A stretch of 64,000 nt of DNA from contig CBDIHI010000007.1 in the NCBI GenBank assembly GCA_965279075.1, positions 155,870 to 219,869 on the forward strand, given 5' to 3'. This stretch comes from Burkholderiales bacterium. Its GTDB lineage: Bacteria > Pseudomonadota > Gammaproteobacteria > Burkholderiales > SG8-39. The translations under genes were made by a program, and so were the position numbers. Below are positions 40,987-48,918 of the stretch, one piece after another. Each line of letters opens with the position of its first letter. Positions within the stretch are counted from its first letter, which is position 1. The notes under the pieces were generated by a model. That model was not told where the DNA came from, searched no databases, and saw only the letters and a list, made by a program, of their open reading frames with translations.

Positions 40987-41002
40987 TGGCACGGGGCTTG
41001 CA
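40987..41002 (+). promoter_or_regulatory. Sigma54 (-24/-12) promoter TGGCAC-N5-TTGCA
   Basis: TGGCACggggcTTGCA matches the consensus exactly. It ends 39 nt before the ATG at 41042, so the predicted TSS is near 41013. Confidence 0.8.
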
Positions 41003-41041
41003 AACAACGGGTGTCGGAACGCAACGGAAAAGGAGAACAAC

Positions 41042-41584
41042 ATGGAACCGAACAAATCCCATCCCCTGGTGTTGGCCGCCTCGGTGGCGGTGATCGCGTG
41101 CTCGGGCCTTGCCGCGGCAGTGCTGACCGGCGTGCTGCCGAGCGCCGTATCGAAGAACGCCGATTCGCAGGCGGTGATCGCACAGGCGGCACGCGTGCCT
41201 GCGCAGGACCGCTACGCGCCGCCCCGCCCCGTCCCGCGCCGTGCGGCCTGCCCGACCTGCGGCGTGGTCGAGGCCATCCAGCCGGTCGAGGTGCGCGGCG
41301 AAGCGAGCGGCCTCGGTGCCGTCGCGGGCGGCGTGACCGGCGCGGTCGTCGGCAACCAGTTCGGCAACGGTGGCGGCAGGACCGCGATGACGATCCTCGG
41401 TGCCGCGGGCGGCGCCTACGCCGGCAACGCGATCGAGAAGAACGTGAAGAAGGCCACCTCGTGGCGCGTCACGGTGCGCCTCGACGACGGCTCGTTCCGC
41501 ACGGTCTCGCTCGCCTCGGCGCCACAGTTCGCCGCGGGTGCGCACGTGCGGGTCGTAAACGGCTCGAACCTCGAACTGATCTGA
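41042..41584 (+). CDS. Glycine-zipper 2TM domain protein (SlyB / 17-kDa surface antigen-like), membrane-anchored
   Basis: AAGGAG RBS. It has an N-terminal anchor helix, CPTCGVVEAI, and the glycine zipper GLGAVAGGVTGAVVGNQFGNGGGRTAMTILGAAGGAYAGN. Confidence 0.8.
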   Translation: MEPNKSHPLVLAASVAVIACSGLAAAVLTGVLPSAVSKNADSQAVIAQAARVPAQDRYAPPRPVPRRAACPTCGVVEAIQPVEVRGEASGLGAVAGGVTGAVVGNQFGNGGGRTAMTILGAAGGAYAGNAIEKNVKKATSWRVTVRLDDGSFRTVSLASAPQFAAGAHVRVVNGSNLELI

Positions 41585-41595
41585 AGGGTGCGCAA

Positions 41596-42117
41596 ATGAG
41601 CATGAACAAGCAGGTGGAAGTCAGTTTCGGCGGCCCGTCGTTCCAGTCGCGCCGGCTGCCGACGCAACGCGAACGCTTCCTGATGGAGATGGAGCAGGCG
41701 CTGCCCTGGGCCAAGCTGCGCGGGCTCGTCGCGCCTGTCTACGCCGACCCGCGGCGCGTGCGCGGCAACCCGCTCGAGCTGGACCGCATGCTGAGGGTGT
41801 ACTTCCTGCAGCGCTGGTTCCACCTGTCGGATGCCGCCGTGCGCGAAGAATTGCTCGACTCGAGGGCCATGCGCGCCTTCGCCTGCGTTGGCCTCGCGCC
41901 GGACCGTGCGCCCGAGGAGATCTCGATCTGCGGGTTCCGCCAGCTGCTGGAGGAGTTCGGGCTCGGCAACGCGATCGTCGATGCGGCCGAGCGCCACCTC
42001 TGGGAGCAGGGCATGGCCGTCTCGCCCGGCGCGATCGTCGACGCCACGCTGTCCCGGGCCCGTTCCGCGCAGGCCCGCGGGCAGGCCGGGGATGTCCCGA
42101 ACCCGGTCAGCCACTGA
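41596..42117 (+). pseudogene. IS5-family (InsH-like) transposase, N-terminal 173 aa only, with the DDE domain missing
   Basis: Aligns by eye to the IS5 InsH N-terminus (RERFLMEMEQALPW; LELDRMLRVYFLQRWFHLSDAAVREELLDSRAMRAF; FRQLLEE; GAIVDATL). It then ends, whereas a full transposase is about 330 aa. Confidence 0.8.
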
Positions 42118-42127
42118 GGAGTCCTTC

Positions 42128-42457
42128 ATGCAGGCAATCAAGCACCGGCACCAGTCGGGCAACCTCCTGCAGGCGACCTGGGGTTTCGCCCTGGTCCTGA
42201 TGGTCATCGTCGGCATCTGCGGCACGATCTACAAACTGCTCGCCCCTTCGGGCTGGATCGCTTCGCTGCTGGGCCGGGGATTCTCCGGCGGGGTGGCCGC
42301 CATCGGCCTGGTGATCGTGTTCGGCGTGGTCGGCTGGGTCGCGCGCACCTGGACCACCACCCGCCAGCAATCGGGCATGGCCGACCTCACGGTTTACGTC
42401 TTCGCCGCGGCCGGCGCGCTGTATTCCTTCCAGTACTGGACGAAAGGGGTCTTCTAG
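42128..42457 (+). CDS. Hypothetical 109-aa membrane protein (3 predicted TM segments)
   Basis: GAGGAG RBS 7 nt upstream, hydrophobic segments, and a terminator downstream. Confidence 0.5.
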   Translation: MQAIKHRHQSGNLLQATWGFALVLMVIVGICGTIYKLLAPSGWIASLLGRGFSGGVAAIGLVIVFGVVGWVARTWTTTRQQSGMADLTVYVFAAAGALYSFQYWTKGVF

Positions 42458-42515
42458 CGCGTACCCGCCACGAATCCGGGAAAGCCCGCAGAGGCGCCCG
42501 CACAGGTTATCCCCA

Positions 42516-42553
42516 GGGCTCGCCGACCCCCCCGAAGGCGGGCCCTTTTTTTT
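42516..42553 (+). terminator. Intrinsic terminator (GGGCTCGCC...GGCGGGCCC followed by T8)
   Basis: 9-bp stem with 1 mismatch and an 8-T tail, read directly. It is oriented for the + strand genes. Confidence 0.6.
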
Positions 42554-42554
42554 G

Positions 42555-43378
<824 letters not shown>

Positions 43379-43382
<4 letters not shown>

Positions 43383-44668
43383 ATCGCGATATAGGCAAAG
43401 AGCTCGCGCGCGGTCTGGAAGCGGTCTGCGGGCTTCTTCGCGAGCATGCGGTTGACGATCGGCTGGTAGCCGGAGAGCTTGCCGGGCAGTTGCGGCACCG
43501 GGCCGTGCACGTGCTGGTAGATGAGTCCCGCGGCATTTTCGGCGTCGAAGACCCGCTGGCCCAGCAGCATCTCGACGAAGATCACCCCGAGGCTGTACAG
43601 GTCCGAGCGCTGGTCCACCGGCAGGCCCATGCACTGTTCCGGGCTCATGTAGCGCGGCGTGGCGAGCAGTTCGCCGTGCATCGTCAGGCTCGACTCGACG
43701 CTGAGGTCCTTGGCGAGGCCGAAGTCCACGATCGCCGGGCGCCCGTTCTCGCGGAACAGGATGTTCTGCGGCTTCAGGTCGCGGTGGATGATGCCGTGCG
43801 CGTGGATCGCGTCGAGCGCCTTCGCGATCTGCGAGGTGAGCCGCAGCGCGCCCAGCGCCGTCATCCTCTCCAGCAGCCGCACCTTCAGGTCGCCCCCCGG
43901 GAAGTATTCCATCGCGATGAACGGGTGCTCGCCCGAGAAGCCCTGGTCGAAGATCTTCGCCACGTGCTCGTTCTCGAACGAGGAGATCAGCTTGTGCTCC
44001 TGGATGAAGCGTTTCCTGAACACTTCGTCGCGGCGCAGGGACGGGTCGAGCACCTTCAGCACCAGCTGCAGCCCGTCGCTCTCCCGCTCGGCGAGGTAGA
44101 CCTTCGCCATGCCGCCTTCGCCGATCTTCCTCAGGACGCGGTAGCCCGGCACGGCGCGGGTCTCGGCCTTGACCGGCATGCCGATCTTGCGCACGTCGAA
44201 CTGCGAGGTGCGCAGGAACGCCGGGTCGAGGCTGGTGATGTCGATCTGCCGGGCCTCGTGTTCGCGCAGCGCGTCCTCCAGCGAACGCACCAGCTGCTCA
44301 CCGGTCAGGCCGTCCTTGCGCAGGAAATCCGCCGCGCCGGACTTCATTGCCTTCACGGCGATGTACTCCCCGCCGTGCTCCGTGAACAGCACGACCGGGG
44401 GCGCCTTGGGGTCCCTGCGGATCTGCGCGACCCAGGCGAGGCCGTCGTCGCCCGCCGGCTCGGTGTCGAGCAGCACCGCGGCGTAGCGGCCCGCGGCGAG
44501 CAGGGGTACCGGGTTGCCCTGTGCACGGGGATCCCATTCCACGACCTCCGCCTCCGGCCAGCGCCAGCGCAGCATGCCCGACAGGGCCGCGCGGAACGGG
44601 CCGGATTCGTCGATGATCAGGAAACGCATTGAGAGGCAGGCGGGCGCGTTGGGGGGCGGTTCGGACAT
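43379..44668 (-). CDS. Receiver-domain / Hanks-type Ser/Thr protein kinase fusion
   Basis: REC-like N-terminus ([38 protein letters not shown]), then a kinase domain ([37 protein letters not shown]). The start is ambiguous: TTG 44692, ATG 44668 or ATG 44629. Confidence 0.85.
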
Positions 44669-44827
44669 CGGTTTGTCATCGATTGTAGCCAAGGTTGCGC
44701 ATTCGCACCCGGGATAGCATCATCCACGGCTTTGGGCCGGCGCCGGAGTGGTTTCAGGACGCGCGGACAAACGGCTTCCCGGCAGCCCGACAAGCGGCGC
44801 GGGGCCGGCAACCGAGGGGAATTCCAC

Positions 44828-46339
44828 ATGCTCAATCTGTTCGGCGGCGGCAAGCCGGACCATCCGATGGCGGATCCGAAAGAGGCCAGGCGCCTGCTCG
44901 ACGACCTGCCAGCGCACGACCCGGTGAAGGCGCTGGAGGAACTGGCGCACTGGCTCGAATCGGTTTCCGCGGTCGAGGGCTTCAAGCTCGAGCAGCGCCT
45001 GCAGTTGCTGCTGCAGATCGACGATGCCGGCCAGCCGAGGATGCGCAAGCTCGCGCGCGACTACTTCGCGACCGCGAGGCCATCGAAGGTCCAGGAGAAC
45101 CGGCTCTGGAAGGGCATGCACGACTACTGGAACCAGGCCGGCCGCTCGTTCGGGCAGGCGGTCGACCAGTTCGTCACCGGCGCCAAGGGCGCCGACGCGG
45201 CCAAGGCGCAGCTGCCGATCCTGCTGGTGCGTACGCTGCGCAGCATCGCGCAGCAGATCAAGTGGATGCACATGCGCTACGGCCCGGTCGACCTGTCCGC
45301 CTGGGGCGTGTTCAACCGCGTCTACGGGTTCGCCGAGTTCCGCGGCCTCGCGGGCGCCAGGTGCAGCGTGTATGCGGGCATCCCCGGCGAGTCCTCGCCG
45401 CAGCAGGAGTTCCTGAAAGCGGTGGTATTCAGCGCCAGCTCGCCGGATGCGCTGCTGCCGCTGGAAGCGGACCTCGCCGAGCGGCTGATCGCCGACTTCA
45501 CCGCCAGGTTCACGCTCGCCGACAAGCCTTCGGCCGAGACGAGCTATTGGACGGACATCAACCAGAACATGGCCCCGCAGCGCCTCGTGCGCCCGCCGCA
45601 GCAGACGCCCACGCTGCGCTGCTTCGGCGCGTCGGCCGCGCTCGAGGAGGTGCGCGGCTGCATCCAGAAGATCGAGTCGTCGCGGCAGGTGCCCTCGACG
45701 CTGGGCCTCGGCGACGCGTACCCGCCGGAGACGGTGCTCGAGGTGCTCGAGCATCTCGCGATGTACTGGTCGCACGAGCCCCCCGAGAGGAAGCACCCGC
45801 GCCATACGGTGAAGTCGCGGCTGTCGGTCGCGCACGGGTACGACGGGCTGCTCGGCGTGCTGGGCGAATCCGAGACGCTCGACTTCGAGGCCAAGGCCGT
45901 GGAAAGCTGGATCGTCGAGAACGTAAGCGCGGGCGGTTTCGGCGCCGTGGTCCAGCAGTTGAAAGGGGACTGGCTGAAGGTCGGCGCGCTGATCGCGATG
46001 CAGCCGGAGGGCGGCAACAACTGGGTCACCGGCATCATCCGCCGGGTCAACAAGGTCGGCGCGACGCAGGCGCGCGTGGGCATCCAGTCGCTGTCCAAGT
46101 CGCCGACGGCATGCAAGTTCTGGACCGGCGTCAAGGACGAGACGGGCGTGCTGCTGAAGACCAGCGAGCCCGACAGCGGCGAGGTGCGGATCGTGCTGAA
46201 GCCCGGCGTGTTCGTGCCGGGACAGAACCTCGAGTCCGAGCGCGGCGGGCGCTTCCACGTCTACATGCCGCAGGCGGTCGAGGACCGGGGCGACGACTAT
46301 GAGATTGCCAGGTTCCGCGAAATGATCCGCGAGACCTGA
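44828..46339 (+). CDS. 503-aa protein with a C-terminal PilZ-like signature (putative c-di-GMP receptor)
   Basis: RKHPR (RxxxR) at aa 321-325 and NVSAGG (D/NxSxxG) at aa 365-370. The N-terminal 300 aa are unrecognised. The ATG is preceded by GAGGGGA. Confidence 0.65.
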   Translation: MLNLFGGGKPDHPMADPKEARRLLDDLPAHDPVKALEELAHWLESVSAVEGFKLEQRLQLLLQIDDAGQPRMRKLARDYFATARPSKVQENRLWKGMHDYWNQAGRSFGQAVDQFVTGAKGADAAKAQLPILLVRTLRSIAQQIKWMHMRYGPVDLSAWGVFNRVYGFAEFRGLAGARCSVYAGIPGESSPQQEFLKAVVFSASSPDALLPLEADLAERLIADFTARFTLADKPSAETSYWTDINQNMAPQRLVRPPQQTPTLRCFGASAALEEVRGCIQKIESSRQVPSTLGLGDAYPPETVLEVLEHLAMYWSHEPPERKHPRHTVKSRLSVAHGYDGLLGVLGESETLDFEAKAVESWIVENVSAGGFGAVVQQLKGDWLKVGALIAMQPEGGNNWVTGIIRRVNKVGATQARVGIQSLSKSPTACKFWTGVKDETGVLLKTSEPDSGEVRIVLKPGVFVPGQNLESERGGRFHVYMPQAVEDRGDDYEIARFREMIRET

Positions 46340-46343
46340 GTCC

Positions 46344-47012
46344 CTAGGCCAGGACTTTCTGCAGCCAGGCGGAGAGGTCGTCGATCTCCTGGGGGCAGAC
46401 GGAATGGGGCATGGGGTACTCGTGCCACTCCAGCGGGTAGCCCAGCGCCTCGAGCATCTTCCTCGACTGCTGCGCGCGGCCGATCGAGATCATCGGGTCG
46501 ACGCTGCCGTGCGCCATGAAGATCGGCAGGTCGCGGTTGGGCTTCGCGCGTTCGGCTTCGACCGTGCCGGCGAGCGGCAGGTAGGTCGACAGCGCCATGA
46601 TCCCCGCGAGCCGCCCGGAATGGCGCAGCCCCGCCTGGAAGGCGATCGCGCCGCCCTGGGAAAAGCCCGCCAGCACGATCCTCGCCGCGGGGATCCCGCG
46701 GGCCTTCTCCTCCCCGATCAGCGACTCGATCGCCGCCTGGGACGCCCGCAGCCCCTCGCCGTCCTCCCGGCCGCCGCCGATCTCGATGATGTCGTACCAG
46801 GCGCGCATTTCCATGCCCATGTTGAGCGTGACGGGCCGCACCGGCGCGTGGGGGAAGATGAAGCGAACCTGAAGCGCGGCCGGCAGCCGCAGTTCCGGGA
46901 CGATGGGCTCGAAATCGTGCCCGTCGGCGCCCAGGCCGTGCATCCAGATCACCGAGGCCGTGGGCGCGGGGCCGGTCTCGATCTCGATCCGTTCAAGGGG
47001 TGTGGTGTCCAT
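46344..47012 (-). CDS. Alpha/beta hydrolase (carboxylesterase/phospholipase family)
   Basis: Carries VIWMHGLGADG, the nucleophile elbow GFSQGG and FMAHGSVDP. The start is placed at MDTTPLE. Confidence 0.88.
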   Translation of the reverse strand: MDTTPLERIEIETGPAPTASVIWMHGLGADGHDFEPIVPELRLPAALQVRFIFPHAPVRPVTLNMGMEMRAWYDIIEIGGGREDGEGLRASQAAIESLIGEEKARGIPAARIVLAGFSQGGAIAFQAGLRHSGRLAGIMALSTYLPLAGTVEAERAKPNRDLPIFMAHGSVDPMISIGRAQQSRKMLEALGYPLEWHEYPMPHSVCPQEIDDLSAWLQKVLA

Positions 47013-47045
47013 GGGCGGGATTCTAGCCGAACCCGGCTTGACTGC

Positions 47046-47089
47046 TGACCGGCGGTCATTTAATCTCCGAAATAACTGACCCGTAGTCA
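47046..47089. promoter_or_regulatory. Two related dyads, TGACC-GGC-GGTCA (47046-47058) and TGAC-CCGTA-GTCA (47077-47089). Candidate TetR operators.
   Basis: Both dyads are followed by TT(T)AA and are spaced 31 bp apart. They lie in the esterase/tetR divergent region. Confidence 0.4.
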
Positions 47090-47131
47090 TTAAGCCCTCG
47101 TCAAGCCGTCCTCAACCCGCCTCCGAGCCCC

Positions 47132-47815
47132 GTGCCCGCCACCCGCCCCGCCGCCCGCTCCCGCACCCGCGCGGTCCTCCCCGAGGACAAGTCCGAGCGC
47201 AGGGCCGCGATCCTGCGCGCCGCGACCGACCTCCTGAAGCAGGCGCCCCAGGGCGCCTTCTCGGTCGAGGCGCTGGCGCGCAGGGCGGGCCTCGCGAAGG
47301 GCACGGTCTACCTCTACTTCGGCACGCGCGAGGAAGTCCTGCTCGCGGTCCACGCCGAGCGCCAGCAGACCATGTTCGACGCGCTGGAGAAGGCGCTCGC
47401 CGGCCCCAAGGCCGACATCCGCCTGCTGACCCGGACGGTGACGCGCTTCGTGCGCGCCCACCCCGAGTTCCTGCCGCTCGCGGCCAACTGCCGCGGCATG
47501 CTCGAGACCAACATCGGCGCCGGGGCCGCGCTCGAATACAAGCAGCGCATCGGCGTGCGGCTTGCGCAGATCGGCGCGCGGCTGGAAGCCCTGTTCCCCG
47601 TGCTCGCCCGCGGGCAGGGCGTGGCGCTGCTGATGGCGAGTTACGCGCTGATGATCGGCCTGTGGCAGATCTCCGACCCGCCCGCGTGCCTCGCGGCGGC
47701 GATGGAGCGGCCCGACATGCGCATGTTCAGGGTGGACCTCGAAAAGCAGCTGGGCGCGGTCCTCGTCAACCTTTGGGAAGGCGCCACCATGCGGCGCAAC
47801 GGGAGCGGCACATGA
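47132..47815 (+). CDS. TetR/AcrR family transcriptional regulator
   Basis: The HTH is FSVEALARRAGLAKGTVYLYFGTREEVL. GTG start. Confidence 0.88.
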   Translation: MPATRPAARSRTRAVLPEDKSERRAAILRAATDLLKQAPQGAFSVEALARRAGLAKGTVYLYFGTREEVLLAVHAERQQTMFDALEKALAGPKADIRLLTRTVTRFVRAHPEFLPLAANCRGMLETNIGAGAALEYKQRIGVRLAQIGARLEALFPVLARGQGVALLMASYALMIGLWQISDPPACLAAAMERPDMRMFRVDLEKQLGAVLVNLWEGATMRRNGSGT

Positions 47816-48912
47816 GAGCAGGGACGTTGGCGGCGGCGCTCGCGCTGGCCGTGCTGGCCGGGGGGTGCGGCAAGGCCCCGGAGGCGAAACCGGAGGAGGT
47901 CAGGCCGGTGCGCGTGATGAAGGTGGACGCCGCGGCGGCGGCCCGCACGATCGAGTTTGCCGGCGAGGTGAGGCCGCGCTACGAGACGCGGCTGGGGTTC
48001 CGGGTCGGCGGCAAGATGACCGAGCGCCTGGTCGAGGTCGGCTCCACGGTGCGCGCCGGCCAGCCGATCGCGCGGCTTGACCCGCGGGACCTCGAACTCG
48101 CCGCGGCGAGCGCGAGGACGCAGATCGCGCAGATCGAGGCGGAACGCAAGTTCGCCGAGGGCGACCTGCGCCGCTACACGGAGCTGCGGACGAAGAACTT
48201 CATCAGCCAGGCCGAGCTCGACCGCCGCACCAGCACATTGGACTCGCTCGACGCGAGGCTGGAGGCGGCGCGCGCGCAATACCGGCAGTCCGCCAACCAG
48301 GCTGCGTACGCGGTGCTCGTCGCCGACAGCGCCGGCGTGATCACGGCGATCGAGGCCGAGGCCGGGCAGGTGGTCGCCGCCGGGCAGACCGTCGCGAGGC
48401 TTGCGCGTTCGGGCGAGACGGAGGTCGTGGTCGCGGTGCCAGAGACCCAGCGCGAAGCGTTCGCGCGGGCGGGCGCGTTCGCGGTGTCGCTCAACGCTTT
48501 TCCCGCACGAACCTGGAAGGGAAAGCTGCGCGAGCTGTCCCCCGCGGCGGATCCCGTGACCCGGACGTATGCGGCGAAGGTCACGGTGCTGTCCCCGGGC
48601 GACGAGGTCGAGCTCGGCATGAGCGCGCGGGTCGCGGCGGTGGTCGGCAGCGAGGAGCGGCGCATCGAGCTCCCGGTGGCGGCGCTGCACGGCAAGGGCG
48701 ACGCCATGCAGGTCTGGCTGGTCGACGCGCTGAAGGACGGCATCGGCGCCGTGCGCCTGCAGCAGGTGAAGACGCGCGGACTCGCGGGCGACCGCGTGCT
48801 CGTGGACTCCGGCCTCTCGTCCGGGGACATCGTCGTGGTCGCGGGCGCGCAGCTGCTGCGCGCCGGCCAGCGCGTGCGCGTGGCCGGGCCGCGCGCGAAA
48901 GACCCGGGCTAG
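47812..48912 (+). CDS. Efflux RND periplasmic adaptor (MFP) lipoprotein
   Basis: ATGA-coupled to tetR. Lipobox LAVLAGGCG, plus HlyD-like hairpin and barrel blocks. Confidence 0.9.
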   Translation: MRAGTLAAALALAVLAGGCGKAPEAKPEEVRPVRVMKVDAAAAARTIEFAGEVRPRYETRLGFRVGGKMTERLVEVGSTVRAGQPIARLDPRDLELAAASARTQIAQIEAERKFAEGDLRRYTELRTKNFISQAELDRRTSTLDSLDARLEAARAQYRQSANQAAYAVLVADSAGVITAIEAEAGQVVAAGQTVARLARSGETEVVVAVPETQREAFARAGAFAVSLNAFPARTWKGKLRELSPAADPVTRTYAAKVTVLSPGDEVELGMSARVAAVVGSEERRIELPVAALHGKGDAMQVWLVDALKDGIGAVRLQQVKTRGLAGDRVLVDSGLSSGDIVVVAGAQLLRAGQRVRVAGPRAKDPG

Positions 48913-48918
48913 GATCCC

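Noticed and set aside
40826-41041. Upstream TTG-initiated extension of the glycine-zipper ORF (252-aa version)
   Set aside because: The extension would be translated across the sigma54 promoter and activator boxes. A strong AAGGAG RBS precedes the internal ATG at 41042.
39826-42117. 763-aa + strand ORF that appears to fuse the glrR region, the intergenic region and the IS5 fragment
   Set aside because: Only the last 173 codons (from ATG 41596) show real similarity (IS5 transposase N-terminus). The remainder is an alternative frame of glrR and of the glycine-zipper gene.
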